IMG/VR virus record: IMGVR_UViG_3300043411_000844
Span: 1-63,975 of that record
DNA from: a virus
Taxonomy: Duplodnaviria > Caudoviricetes
Reading direction: 5' to 3' (one strand)
Length of the DNA stretch: 63,975 bases
Shown: piece by piece, positions 48,845 through 57,749 of the stretch
How positions within the stretch are numbered: position 1 is the first letter of the stretch
Layout of the letters: the number at the start of each line of letters is the position of its first letter
Position numbers and translations under genes: made by a program
The notes under the pieces: generated by a model
The model's database searches: none
What the model was told of the DNA's origin: nothing
What the model saw: only the letters and a program-made list of their open reading frames with translations

Positions 48845-49048
48845 ATGACAAGCTTTGACGACATCGACCCTGCCAAGGTCGCGGCCTACATCGAAGGCAT
48901 GCAGAGAGACCTGGCCGAGGGCCGTTGCATATGTCCCGGCTGTGGCGATGCTGTTCCGTTGTCGATCCATGGCAAGGAATGGACGGCCGAGTGCAAATGC
49001 GGGTGGTCGGCGTGCGGGACCGGATATGTCCCGCCACGGTTCAATTGA
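48845..49048 (+). CDS. Small zinc-finger protein
   Basis: CPGC...CKC. Confidence 0.5.
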   Translation: MTSFDDIDPAKVAAYIEGMQRDLAEGRCICPGCGDAVPLSIHGKEWTAECKCGWSACGTGYVPPRFN

Positions 49049-49060
49049 GGAAGTGCAATC

Positions 49061-49303
49061 GTGGGTTTGCCGGATCGCCTGCTGACGATCGAGGCGCGTG
49101 AGATGCTGTTCATGGGCGATGACCGCTACGTTCTTGTCAATTGCCTGCGCGACTTGAGATTGGAGGCAGAAGGACTGCCTGAGGGAAGCGAGGAGCGCAT
49201 CAAATTGCAGCGGGCGGTCGAATCGCTCCGTACGGTGCTCGCGCTGCCGTCCAGAGGACGGTGCCCGCACTGCGGGCAGGTGATGCCGCGAAGTAAGTGT
49301 TGA
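49061..49303 (+). CDS. Small hypothetical protein (C-terminal CxxC)
   Basis: GAGG RBS; last gene before attP region. Confidence 0.5.
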   Translation: MGLPDRLLTIEAREMLFMGDDRYVLVNCLRDLRLEAEGLPEGSEERIKLQRAVESLRTVLALPSRGRCPHCGQVMPRSKC

Positions 49304-49352
49304 CCTACAATTGCTCAATGCAGGTCAACGCTATCATACGATCTGGAAAGGT

Positions 49353-49380
49353 ATGGTACCGAAGTCGACTTCGGTACCAT
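49353..49380. repeat. Perfect 28-bp palindrome
   Basis: ATGGTACCGAAGTC|GACTTCGGTACCAT. Confidence 0.95.
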
Positions 49381-49468
49381 TGGACAAACGCGGAACGGCG
49401 GACTCACCAAAGAGTCACCGTCGTCACCGGAATTGGATGCGAGTTCTGCGGGCGTTCCAACCCAAATG

Positions 49469-49491
49469 AAAGGTAGGATTATCCTACCTTT
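49469..49491. repeat. 23-bp palindrome with 1-nt centre
   Basis: AAAGGTAGGAT-T-ATCCTACCTTT. Confidence 0.9.
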
Positions 49492-49656
49492 GACAGTTTT
49501 GTCTAACGGTTTCAGCCACATACCGTCTCGGAAACCGTTCGCCTGCTGCGCTTAGTCCATAACACAAGGTTAAGATTGACGACTTTGTGGGCGGTTCGCT
49601 ATCGCCTTGAAATCACTCACTGTTTCTGGAATTTCCAAGTTTCGGTTAACAGTTTC
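49492..49656. other. Candidate attP region
   Basis: Noncoding/3' end of integrase; repeated AC(A/G/T)GTTT arm-like motifs around TTAGTCCATAA-N7-TTAAGATTGAC (49552-49580). Confidence 0.45.
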
Positions 49657-50709
49657 CACTCCCCGAACAGTCCCCACGGCCGCGTGCAGATCGTCGACCC
49701 GGAGGAAAGCGTAAGTCGATTCGGTGATGACGGTTGACGAGTGTCCGAGCCAGGCGGAAACCGCGTGCATCGGCAACTTGTGCTGCTGCAACAGTCGGCA
49801 CCCGCACGTCCGCCTGAGATCATGCCAGCTCGCCGTCTCGATCCCGGCCAGCTCGATCAGCCGGCGCATCTGCATCTTCATGTGGTGGTAGCGCGCGCCG
49901 CTCTTGGTGTGCAGGACGTAGGGGCTGGCGTAGTGGCGGCGGAGACCGCGGAGCACCTTCTCGGCGCGCGGCAGGATCGGCACTCGCCGCTCGTGGCCGC
50001 TCTTGGCACGATCGGCCTTGATGGTGATCTCCTTGCGGATCAGATCGACATCCGACCACGGCAGCCCCATGAGCTCGCTCGAGCGCAGGCCCGTGTCGAT
50101 CGCCAGGATCAGCGCCGCGAGCAGCATGTCGCGCGCCGGGTATTGGGCCGGGTCCAGATTGCGCGCCGTCTCGAGCAGCCGCTTCTCCTCCTCGACCGAC
50201 AGATAGCGGGTCTTGGGATCCGACCGCGTCAGGCCCTTCTTCTTGCGGGACTGCAGGTAGGGGCGGACGGGATTGTTCTCGACCCACTCGGCCTCGATCG
50301 CTGAGCCGAAGACAGCACTCAAGACGTGGAGCTCGGCGATGATCGTGCTCGGCTTCATGCCTGCCTGCCGGCGCGCGTGCTCGTAGGCACTGAGGTCCGC
50401 GCGGGAAATGTCGGAGAGGAGCCGACCCTGGAAGTGCGGCGTCAGGGTCAGCAGGTGGCGGGCGTAGGCGCGGACTGAGTTCGGCCGGAGGAGAGGGAGG
50501 TGCTCGGCTCCCATCTTGCGGACGGCTTCGTCATAGGTGTGCTGGATCTCCTTCCACTTGTCGCCGCCGTTCTCGCCTAGCCAGGTGCGATACCGCCCTT
50601 CAGCCACTGCCTTATCTCGAGTGCCAAGGGACTGGACGACGTCCCGGCCGCCGCGGCGGTCGCGGACCTTGTAGAGCCCCGTGTTGGCGTCTTTGACGAG
50701 CGTCGGCAT
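49570..50709 (-). CDS. int: Tyrosine integrase
   Basis: DTGLRSSEL, KSG, WHDLRRT, LGHSS...TESTY: R-K-H-R-H-Y residues all present. Confidence 0.95.
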   Translation of the reverse strand: MPTLVKDANTGLYKVRDRRGGRDVVQSLGTRDKAVAEGRYRTWLGENGGDKWKEIQHTYDEAVRKMGAEHLPLLRPNSVRAYARHLLTLTPHFQGRLLSDISRADLSAYEHARRQAGMKPSTIIAELHVLSAVFGSAIEAEWVENNPVRPYLQSRKKKGLTRSDPKTRYLSVEEEKRLLETARNLDPAQYPARDMLLAALILAIDTGLRSSELMGLPWSDVDLIRKEITIKADRAKSGHERRVPILPRAEKVLRGLRRHYASPYVLHTKSGARYHHMKMQMRRLIELAGIETASWHDLRRTCGCRLLQQHKLPMHAVSAWLGHSSTVITESTYAFLRVDDLHAAVGTVRGVETVNRNLEIPETVSDFKAIANRPQSRQS

Positions 50710-50894
50710 GGCGTCTCTCCTCGGAGCCAGGCCAGGAACGGCGCTGTCTCAATCACCCATCTGGAACCGGGGCCGTCCGGCTGCCGGGCGAAGGGGCAGC
50801 CGGGGCGCTTGGCGATCGCGAGCAGCTTGGACTGAGAGAGCGAGCTCAGTCGAGCGGCCTCGGAAATCTTCATGAACTGCGGCAAGTCTGTCAT
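50577..50894 (-). CDS. xis: Excisionase-like HTH
   Basis: FMKISEAARLSSLSQSKL...RWVIETAPFLAWL directly upstream of and overlapping int. Confidence 0.65.
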   Translation of the reverse strand: MTDLPQFMKISEAARLSSLSQSKLLAIAKRPGCPFARQPDGPGSRWVIETAPFLAWLRGETPCRRSSKTPTRGSTRSATAAAAGTSSSPLALEIRQWLKGGIAPG

Positions 50895-51073
50895 CGTCGC
50901 CCCTTTGCCGGCTGCGGTCGCGTGCTGGCCTTCTTTAGTGCCTGCGCCGCCCGCCAGCCTTTGAGCCACTCCGGCCCGAGCTCAGCGCCGGCCGACTTCG
51001 GCCGATGCTCCCGTCCCGCCTTGAACCCCTTCAGCAATGCCCACTCGTCTTTCACCCGCAGCTTCAGACGCAT
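50891..51073 (-). CDS. Small hypothetical protein
   Basis: ATGA-coupled to xis. Confidence 0.5.
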   Translation of the reverse strand: MRLKLRVKDEWALLKGFKAGREHRPKSAGAELGPEWLKGWRAAQALKKASTRPQPAKGRR

Positions 51074-51076
51074 GAC

Positions 51077-51316
51077 TTACTCCCTCCGCAACGCAACCAC
51101 CTCACTGTCTGGAAAATGCTTCCGAGCGTCCCGCATGATCTGGGTCTGCTCGGCCGTCCTGATGTCCCTGACGAGTTGCCGGATCGGTTCGGCCCATTTG
51201 AGGAGGAACTCGAGGTTGGCCCGAGCTCCTGCCGCGATCGCCGCATCCTCGGCCGACAGGAGGCGCTCGGCGAGGAGCCGACTGTGCAAGTCGATCTGTT
51301 GCTCGAGCGGGCTCAT
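51077..51316 (-). CDS. Hypothetical protein
   Basis: ATGA-coupled in the left operon. Confidence 0.55.
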   Translation of the reverse strand: MSPLEQQIDLHSRLLAERLLSAEDAAIAAGARANLEFLLKWAEPIRQLVRDIRTAEQTQIMRDARKHFPDSEVVALRRE

Positions 51317-51504
51317 TGTCTGAGGACGGCCGCCAGTTGGCTGATCGTTGCCGCAAGCGACGCCTCGTCCCAGGCCGCATTCCGCTTGGCTTGCACCCCG
51401 CGCTCATTCTTCAGGAGCACGCGGACGTGCTCCGGGCCCGGCTCGAGCAGAACCGTTATGCCGGTGAGCGCGAGATCGCTGATGGCGGCCTGGAGAAGCA
51501 TCAT
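51313..51504 (-). CDS. Hypothetical protein starting inside the IS target duplication
   Basis: ATGATG within CAATGATG; ATGA-coupled to the next gene. Confidence 0.55.
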   Translation of the reverse strand: MMLLQAAISDLALTGITVLLEPGPEHVRVLLKNERGVQAKRNAAWDEASLAATISQLAAVLRQ

Positions 51505-51520
51505 TGGGGAATTATATAGT

Positions 51521-51667
51521 TCACTCCCGCGCATCCTTTTTCTTCTCGCGTATGAGCTTGGCCTTGCGAAGCTTTCTCGCTTTCGCGGGCCCCGATTTCG
51601 GCTTGGGCCGGAACGCCAAAACCTTGTCCGCAGCGGCGTCCAGCGCCTTCTTGTGATCGGGTTTCAT
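51521..51667 (-). CDS. Small basic IS-borne ORF (48 aa)
   Basis: AGGAG RBS; MKPDHKKALDAAADKVLAFRPKPK...; ends in the TIR. Confidence 0.5.
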   Translation of the reverse strand: MKPDHKKALDAAADKVLAFRPKPKSGPAKARKLRKAKLIREKKKDARE

Positions 51668-51675
51668 GGGTGCTC

Positions 51676-52593
51676 CTAATGCGTGAGAGCTTTGTAAGTC
51701 AGGCGCTTGCCTGCAACGCCGTCAATGAAGCTATCAAGCCTCTGTAGCGTGTGGCGCTTTACGTCGCCTTCGTTCAGGCGGAAGGAAAATTCGTCGACGT
51801 AGCGGCCTAGATGCTTCTTGCTGGTATGGTGATAGACGCCAATGATCCCGCGCTTCATGACCGCAAAGACGCTCTCGACGCCGTTCGTGGTCACGTTGTC
51901 GCGGACGTATTCGCCGTCGCTGTGGTTGACGGTTTCGTGGTCGAAAAACAGGCCGTTAAGGCCGCGATAGACAGCCGCTTCGTCAGTGTGGAGCGTCGAG
52001 CCGACTTCCACATTCTGATAAATTTTAGTGTGGAGCGTCGCCATATCCGCGTCTTCGATCGGCATAGCCTTCATGCGTCCGCCGCGCTCACGCATTGCGA
52101 CAACAGCAGTTTTTCCTACTACGCCGCGTCCCGCTTTGAGCTTTTTATGCTCATGCTTGTTAGCTTCTTTTCCGCCAACATAGGTTTCGTCAATTTCGAC
52201 AATGCCTTGGAGCTTTTCGATATCGCTCCCACAAGCCTCTCTGAGGCGGTGCAGCACAAACCATGCGGACTTTTGCGTGGTCCCGATTTCCTTCGCGAGT
52301 TGCATTGACGAAATGCCCTTGCGCGCCGTGACGAGCAAATACATCGCGTAGACCCACTTGTGCAGCGGAACATGGCTGCGCTCGAAAATCGTTCCGGTGC
52401 GGACAGTGAAGTCTTCCTTGCACTGGTTGCAGCGGTAGAAGCCGCCCTTACGGGTAGTGATCCGCTCGCCAAGGCCGCAGACAGGACATCTCGGACCATT
52501 CGGCCAAAGCCGCCCCTCCAAATATGCGCGGGCGGCCTCTTGGTCGGGAAACATAGCAAAAAGCTCAAACGTCGAAATGGTGGATTTACTCAT
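51676..52593 (-). CDS. IS1595-family (ISXO2-like) transposase
   Basis: Zn ribbon CPVC...CNQC, VEIDETYVGG, LHTDE, TNGVES, YVDEFSFR. Confidence 0.95.
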   Translation of the reverse strand: MSKSTISTFELFAMFPDQEAARAYLEGRLWPNGPRCPVCGLGERITTRKGGFYRCNQCKEDFTVRTGTIFERSHVPLHKWVYAMYLLVTARKGISSMQLAKEIGTTQKSAWFVLHRLREACGSDIEKLQGIVEIDETYVGGKEANKHEHKKLKAGRGVVGKTAVVAMRERGGRMKAMPIEDADMATLHTKIYQNVEVGSTLHTDEAAVYRGLNGLFFDHETVNHSDGEYVRDNVTTNGVESVFAVMKRGIIGVYHHTSKKHLGRYVDEFSFRLNEGDVKRHTLQRLDSFIDGVAGKRLTYKALTH

Positions 52594-52609
52594 GATTCTA
52601 TGTCTCCAC

Positions 52610-52828
52610 CTAAAGAGAAATCGCGGGATTACATGTGGCGCAAAACCAAACGCCACCGAGAAAAACCGGCTTATCGCCAACGGGATAGCCGCAATCGGCG
52701 CATTGCCTGTTGTCCCATTGGTCCAGCGCCGCCGAATATGCGTCAGCTCCAGGTCTGCCATCGCAATCCTGTGGGCATACGGGCCAATTGCAGAGATGGC
52801 CACCTCGATGGCACGGGATAGTGCTCAT
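52610..52828 (-). CDS. IS passenger, Cys-rich small protein
   Basis: AAGGGA RBS; CxxC pairs. Confidence 0.5.
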   Translation of the reverse strand: MSTIPCHRGGHLCNWPVCPQDCDGRPGADAYSAALDQWDNRQCADCGYPVGDKPVFLGGVWFCATCNPAISL

Positions 52829-52841
52829 GGCTTATTTCCCT

Positions 52842-53078
52842 TCAGAACTTAGATGATTGATCTAGGGCGTAGGCGGCGTGAACAACCCGCAGCGCCGCTT
52901 GCATCATTTGTCGGAGTTCGTAAGCCTCCTTGCGCATCAATGCGCTTTCCCGACACGCCCAAGTCAGAGCGGCGGGTCTGCCTGGATTGGCGTTCCACCC
53001 TGCTTCCGCCATACGTTCAACTAGTTCCAAATCATGAGACTGACGCAAAATACTCATAGCCTTTGGGTCCTTACTCAT
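52842..53078 (-). CDS. IS passenger, hypothetical
   Basis: ATGA-coupled. Confidence 0.55.
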   Translation of the reverse strand: MSKDPKAMSILRQSHDLELVERMAEAGWNANPGRPAALTWACRESALMRKEAYELRQMMQAALRVVHAAYALDQSSKF

Positions 53079-53332
53079 CGTTTTCGCCTTTCAAGATGGG
53101 AGGCCACCCAGCGTTCGGCTTGAGCCCTCAGCGCCAACCTCAGGCGCGCGTCATCGTTTTCGTGGTAGTAGTAGGTCACATAGCGATCAGGCACTCGCGC
53201 GATAATAACGCGCCATGCTCCCGTCATTGCTTCGTCGCTAACCCCTATCGGAGCCCGCGCTACAGCCGCTTGTTCCGCCGTTGGAGTTGCCGCAACTGTC
53301 AGAAATTTGCCGTCATTTACCAATGTGCTCAT
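53075..53332 (-). CDS. IS passenger, hypothetical
   Basis: AGGAGG RBS, ATGA-coupled. Confidence 0.55.
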   Translation of the reverse strand: MSTLVNDGKFLTVAATPTAEQAAVARAPIGVSDEAMTGAWRVIIARVPDRYVTYYYHENDDARLRLALRAQAERWVASHLERRKR

Positions 53333-53523
53333 GGCGCATTCCTCCTGCTAAATTCTTCCAAAAGGCGGACTGCCGCGAGCAAATTATCGACAGTCGTTGC
53401 CACATTGTAATCTAGCGGGCCTAGATGCAGGGTATTAAGGCCGCCTAAGGCTCTATCTATCTGAGCGCGACATTCTATTAGAGCGGGATCATCATAGAAT
53501 GTGTTATCCGCATCTATCTTCAT
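53329..53523 (-). CDS. IS passenger, hypothetical
   Basis: ATGA-coupled. Confidence 0.5.
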   Translation of the reverse strand: MKIDADNTFYDDPALIECRAQIDRALGGLNTLHLGPLDYNVATTVDNLLAAVRLLEEFSRRNAP

Positions 53524-53693
53524 GCCTTCACCCATACCGGCTTGCGGTTGCCACCCGTGAAGAAACGCTCGCCAAGCCGGATTAGACCGGCATTGCGGAG
53601 TTCGCAGGCTTCATTCCAGTAGCACTCGGCAGTGAACCAGCCGCGAGAAGCGATGGCGGAGAGAATTTTCTCTTTCTTTTTCTCGACAGTCAT
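53520..53693 (-). CDS. IS passenger, hypothetical (57 aa)
   Basis: AAGGGAG RBS; MTVEKKKEKILSAIASRGWF... Confidence 0.55.
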   Translation of the reverse strand: MTVEKKKEKILSAIASRGWFTAECYWNEACELRNAGLIRLGERFFTGGNRKPVWVKA

Positions 53694-53720
53694 TTGCGTA
53701 TCTCCCTTGTTGATGGAAAC

Positions 53721-53749
53721 AAGGTATCTGACTCCCCCGCGATTGTCAA
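53721..53749 (-). promoter_or_regulatory. sigma70 promoter just inside the IS TIR
   Basis: TTGACA-17 nt-TACCTT on the minus strand. Confidence 0.7.
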
Positions 53750-53773
53750 GGGACTAAAATATATAATTCCCCA

Positions 53774-53983
53774 TCATTGCGGCGTGTCCGTGATCTCCAT
53801 CCCCGTGTAGTCGAGCTCGTTCACATCGGCGGCATCGTCCGTCGAGTAGATCACGCCCTGACCGTTGGGATAGCGAAACACGAGCGACACGTCGGCGGCA
53901 CCGGACTCCTCTTTGAGCTCATTGAGGGTCTCGATCCACTTGGCGATCTCGAAGGCACCGGGTCTCGTTTTGATGTCGGTCAT
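53774..53983 (-). CDS. Hypothetical protein ending inside the IS target duplication
   Basis: ATGA-coupled start; TGA in CAATGATG. Confidence 0.6.
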   Translation of the reverse strand: MTDIKTRPGAFEIAKWIETLNELKEESGAADVSLVFRYPNGQGVIYSTDDAADVNELDYTGMEITDTPQ

Positions 53984-54726
53984 CTCGGCACTACCTCTGT
54001 ATTCATCTTGCGAAATCGTTTTGTCACTGGGTCTCTGAGTGCGTTAGGTCGTGGCGGTTTCTTCTTTCCGATATTGTGACGCCCCCACAAACGGTCAGCG
54101 ATAAGCGCCTCTCCTCGGTGCCCTTTCCGGTAACGATAGAGAACCGTTGAGACATTGAGACCGTAGGTGCGCGCTATATCTGCAAGGGCGACCCCGTCCT
54201 CTGTCCGAAGCAATCTCCCTGGCTTCTTAGTGGGCGGTCTATTCAGCGCTTGCTCGGATGCCGTAGCCCAGCGGCAATTGTTTGGTTCATAGTTCCCGTC
54301 GTTGTCGATACGGTCTATGCTGTGTTTCTTGGATGGTCGCGGACCCATGTCCTCAAGAAACCGTGCAAACGATTCACGCCATCCCGAACAAATGGTGATG
54401 CCGCGACCGCCGTATCGATGCCAATGCCGGTTGTTCGGGTTGAAGCAGCGATCCTTCATGCTGCTCCAAGCAGCATACAACTCGTGTGGAGCGTTTTTCC
54501 GCGCGAACCCATGCGTACGGGCGGGTCGGTCCACAACGAGGCAGCCGCAAGATTTCGTATCCTCTGAGAGTAGCTCCCTCGCCGAAACGATCACAGCGGT
54601 TCCGCACTCGCATAAACAATGCCAGCGTCTGACACTTCGGCCTGACGCGCGCCTGCGGTATGGTGCCAAACGAACCACCGTCAAGCGTCCAAATATGTGG
54701 CCTGTCAGATCCCTCCCGGCGGCCAT
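53980..54726 (-). CDS. HNH homing endonuclease
   Basis: [12 protein letters not shown]...CECG...SCGC...YGGRGITIC...[20 protein letters not shown]. Confidence 0.9.
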   Translation of the reverse strand: MAAGRDLTGHIFGRLTVVRLAPYRRRASGRSVRRWHCLCECGTAVIVSARELLSEDTKSCGCLVVDRPARTHGFARKNAPHELYAAWSSMKDRCFNPNNRHWHRYGGRGITICSGWRESFARFLEDMGPRPSKKHSIDRIDNDGNYEPNNCRWATASEQALNRPPTKKPGRLLRTEDGVALADIARTYGLNVSTVLYRYRKGHRGEALIADRLWGRHNIGKKKPPRPNALRDPVTKRFRKMNTEVVPR

Positions 54727-55080
54727 TTAATCATCCCTCCTGGCACGCACGATGTCGCCATTGAACTTTTTCCAACCGCGAAACTTGCGTGAAGATTTCT
54801 TGATGCCGTAGTGCTTCGCCGCCACCCGCTTGCCCTTGGCAACCTCGCTCGCATCCTTCCTCGACTTGGCCGCATGGCACGCCTCATGCGCGGGCCATAG
54901 GTTCTCGGTCGACTCCTCCCCGCCTTCCGCGTGACGCTTGATATGATCGGCTTCCCATGGGTCTCGGCCTGGGCTGATGCGCTGCTTGCAGAGATGGCAG
55001 AGCATGTAGATGCCCATGGCATCCTGCTTCTTGTGCGTATCAAAGCAGATGCGACGGGCCTTGGTCGAGTTGCGATTCAT
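54727..55080 (-). CDS. HNH nuclease
   Basis: CHLC...WEADH...GG...NLWPAHEACHAAK. Confidence 0.8.
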   Translation of the reverse strand: MNRNSTKARRICFDTHKKQDAMGIYMLCHLCKQRISPGRDPWEADHIKRHAEGGEESTENLWPAHEACHAAKSRKDASEVAKGKRVAAKHYGIKKSSRKFRGWKKFNGDIVRARRDD

Positions 55081-55222
55081 TCGTCGCGCTCCAGGAGCGG
55101 AGGATCGCCGGGCCCGGCATCGTCGAAGCGGCGGCCAAGCAGGAAGCCGAGGCCCATGCCGACAATGAAGCCGCCGATGACAACGCTCGCAAGGGCAGCC
55201 AGTGCAAACGAGAGATAGCTCA

Positions 55223-55591
55223 TCACAACCTCGCTGCGGCTCTGATCGACGACTGCTGTGTGCGCCACATATCGATGCGCGTCTGAGCGGCATCGCGTGC
55301 GGCGAGAAGCTTTTGGTGCTCGCCGGCGGCAATGGCCGCCTTAGTGGCGTACTCCTTGAACTTCTCGGATGCTCTGGCGATGGCCTCGCGAGTGTTGGCT
55401 GGCCCGTCAGCTTTGAGATACTCGATGGCGGTGTAGTGCTTTAGGAGATGCTCAGCCTCGACGCGATCGCGCAGGGCTGTTCCGACCTTCGCCGCAGTCG
55501 AGATGAGGTAATGCAGAGCCGCGTCCGCTTCATCGTCGGATATGAACGATGGCCCCTTGGCGGCGCGCGGCTCTGCTCCCTCGGGTTTCAC
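55223..55591 (-). CDS. Helical hypothetical protein of the recombination module
   Basis: Coupled ORF; IDMWRTQQS C-terminus. Confidence 0.6.
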   Translation of the reverse strand: MKPEGAEPRAAKGPSFISDDEADAALHYLISTAAKVGTALRDRVEAEHLLKHYTAIEYLKADGPANTREAIARASEKFKEYATKAAIAAGEHQKLLAARDAAQTRIDMWRTQQSSIRAAARL

Positions 55592-55773
55592 TCGGCAGCC
55601 TCCAGGATGCGCTCGCGTTTGGCGAGCTTCTGCGACTGCACGTAGATGAGACCGATCAGGGCATCGCGCGGCATGCTCTCGAGGGAGACGCCTTCATAGC
55701 GGTACGTGGCGCGCCATGCCGGCGGCGCGGCGCGGAGAAGCCAGGCAAGGATTTCTTGGGCGCGGTCGCTCAT
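55588..55773 (-). CDS. Small hypothetical protein
   Basis: Coupled at both ends. Confidence 0.5.
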   Translation of the reverse strand: MSDRAQEILAWLLRAAPPAWRATYRYEGVSLESMPRDALIGLIYVQSQKLAKRERILEAAE

Positions 55774-56699
55774 GCGGCTTGCTCCTGCTTCAGGAGTTCT
55801 GCCGTTCGAGCGGCAACGTGTTTCTTCAATTCGAGGGCGTCGCTCTTACGCAAAGCCCAGAAGCTATTCAGTCCGTGCTTATTGCGGTCTTCCCAGACCT
55901 TGATCTCGGTCGACGTCCGGTCTTTGGCCTTGACCCATTCCAGAACGCGATCAGCAAACTGGCCTGGGGAGACCGGCGCAAGCGGACCGCCGTCGCACCA
56001 ATCGACAAGGATGGCGTTGGCTCCGCCGACGCGACGTTGCCGCTCCTCCTTCTCGACCTCGTCGACGATCTCGGTAGCCGTCAGGTCGAGCGTTTTTTCC
56101 TTCTCGATCTCTTCCTCGGTGTAGATGCCGGCGAGCGTGTCGGGCCAGCCGCGCCGCAGCGCTTGGCTCTCGGCCACCTTGGCGAGCATCACCCTGGGCA
56201 TCTTCGCCCAGTTGTCGGCGAGCTTCTTCTTGCCCGACGGACGGCGCTTGCCATCCTCGCCTTCAACCCATTCCTGCTCGACCGGCGCGAACTCTGCCCA
56301 ATAGGCGGTCGCTGAATACTCGTGCCATTGCCCGTGCGCAAACTTCTTCACGTAGATGGTGCAAGAGACGAGGCCAGCAGGGTTGAGGTCGTCCTTCTCT
56401 CCCATGCCCCACACCGGCTGAATAGACGATGGGCAGTAGGTTCCGGTGCGGTCGGCCATGGCTCTGTAGCCATCGATGCCGATGACGAAGGCGACTCGTC
56501 GTTTGCTGCGGTCCTTCGCGTTCTTGCCAAAGACGATGGCCGATAGCTGTCGGCGAAAGGGGCTGAGCCCCGTGGCGCGGCAAAGCTCGATGAAGGAATT
56601 GAACTCGTTCGGCTCAAGGTCCGGGTTGTTCGCCTGGATGATCTTCAATTGAGAGCCGGAGTAATCCGGGAGTGCGGGTAGCCTGCTGACGTCGCCCAT
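55770..56699 (-). CDS. bet: Single-strand annealing recombinase (Bet/RecT family)
   Basis: FIELCRATGLSPF...IGIDGYRAMADRTG...WAKMPRVMLAKVAESQALRRGWP. Confidence 0.92.
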   Translation of the reverse strand: MGDVSRLPALPDYSGSQLKIIQANNPDLEPNEFNSFIELCRATGLSPFRRQLSAIVFGKNAKDRSKRRVAFVIGIDGYRAMADRTGTYCPSSIQPVWGMGEKDDLNPAGLVSCTIYVKKFAHGQWHEYSATAYWAEFAPVEQEWVEGEDGKRRPSGKKKLADNWAKMPRVMLAKVAESQALRRGWPDTLAGIYTEEEIEKEKTLDLTATEIVDEVEKEERQRRVGGANAILVDWCDGGPLAPVSPGQFADRVLEWVKAKDRTSTEIKVWEDRNKHGLNSFWALRKSDALELKKHVAARTAELLKQEQAA

Positions 56700-56700
56700 G

Positions 56701-57207
56701 TTACGCTTTCCGAATGGTGAGAGAGGGGGCTGCATTCGAGAGTTGTGCGCCGGGAATGTTCTGTTTGTCGCGGAGCGCGGAAAGCACGGCCTTCTTATCG
56801 AGCTTGGGCTCTCCCACGATCCAGAACTCAGGTGGGATGTCGGCCTCGTTCACGACGCGAAGTTGCGGCACGCCCTTGGTCAGAGACACAGTACCGATGT
56901 CGAGCTCGCGCTTCTTCCACTCGGCCAGTTCCATCGCCTGAGCGATAAGCGCGCGCTTGGCGTCAACACGCGCCTCAAACCGAGACTTTCGATCTTTGAG
57001 TTCATCGATCCGGTTCGTACAGCCGTCGATGAGAATCTTGTCCTCGTCGATGGATATGACGAGAGCACGAATAATGGCGTCGAGATTGGTCTCGCCTTCG
57101 AGCGTGTCGCGGATCGCGTCGGCGTCATCCGTCAGCGCGGCAATGCCCTGCTTGATGGCAGTCGCCGCATTGATCTCCTTGATGGCGTCGACACGAACAT
57201 CCTGCAT
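56701..57207 (-). CDS. Gp157-family protein
   Basis: DTLEGET...IPPEFW...KLDKKAV...IPGAQLSN. Confidence 0.85.
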   Translation of the reverse strand: MQDVRVDAIKEINAATAIKQGIAALTDDADAIRDTLEGETNLDAIIRALVISIDEDKILIDGCTNRIDELKDRKSRFEARVDAKRALIAQAMELAEWKKRELDIGTVSLTKGVPQLRVVNEADIPPEFWIVGEPKLDKKAVLSALRDKQNIPGAQLSNAAPSLTIRKA

Positions 57208-57749
57208 GTCAGTTCCTTTGATGAGTGGAGCCGGGGAGGCGGGAGGAGAGCGCCTCCCCGGTCGCGTGCGCAGCCGATTGGGGATAAGCAGCGCTACGTT
57301 CGGCAGAGCTCGCGGAGGGTCGCCTCGCAAACTCGTTTCGTCTGGTCCTCGCCGAGGACAGGCAGCGCCTCCTTGATGGCGCGCACAACGGCCTCGGCCC
57401 GGTTGAATCCGACAGTCGTCTTGAGGGGAACCACGGCGGCTCCCTCGCGTTCTAAGCGGTTGAGGCCCGTGAGTAAGCGTTGGGCTCTTGCATGCTCGAT
57501 CGGGACAACTTTCGTCATGTCGTGCGTTCCCCTTGCTTGACCCCGCCGGAGGGCGTAACTCCTCCGGCGGTTCTCACCCACGCCACACCCAGCCAGTTCG
57601 CACATTGTTGCGGGTAGCTAGCCCACCGGGCTTCCGCCCAGCCATCCATCGGGCCCGCATGTGCGTCGCGTCTCGGGCTTGCCAGCCCTACCCCGCTCCG
57701 AGGTCGCCAAGAACTCACCCCGTCAGGAGATCCCCAATGGATGGTCAAC

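Larger units (their letters stand above)
51507..53771 (-). mobile_element. IS1595-family element (2265 bp) with passenger genes
   Basis: TIRs GGGAATTATATAGTTCACTCCC / GGGACTAAAATATATAATTCCC (19/22 match); 8-bp TSD CATCATTG at 51499-51506 and 53772-53779. Confidence 0.93.

Noticed and set aside
49353-49380. Palindrome as a protelomerase telRL site
   Set aside because: No protelomerase-like gene; the adjacent recombinase is a normal-sized integrase with xis
52594-52803. N-terminal extension of the IS transposase in the ORF track
   Set aside because: The family-like sequence starts at MSKSTIS (52593) after a GGAG RBS; the upstream part overlaps a passenger ORF
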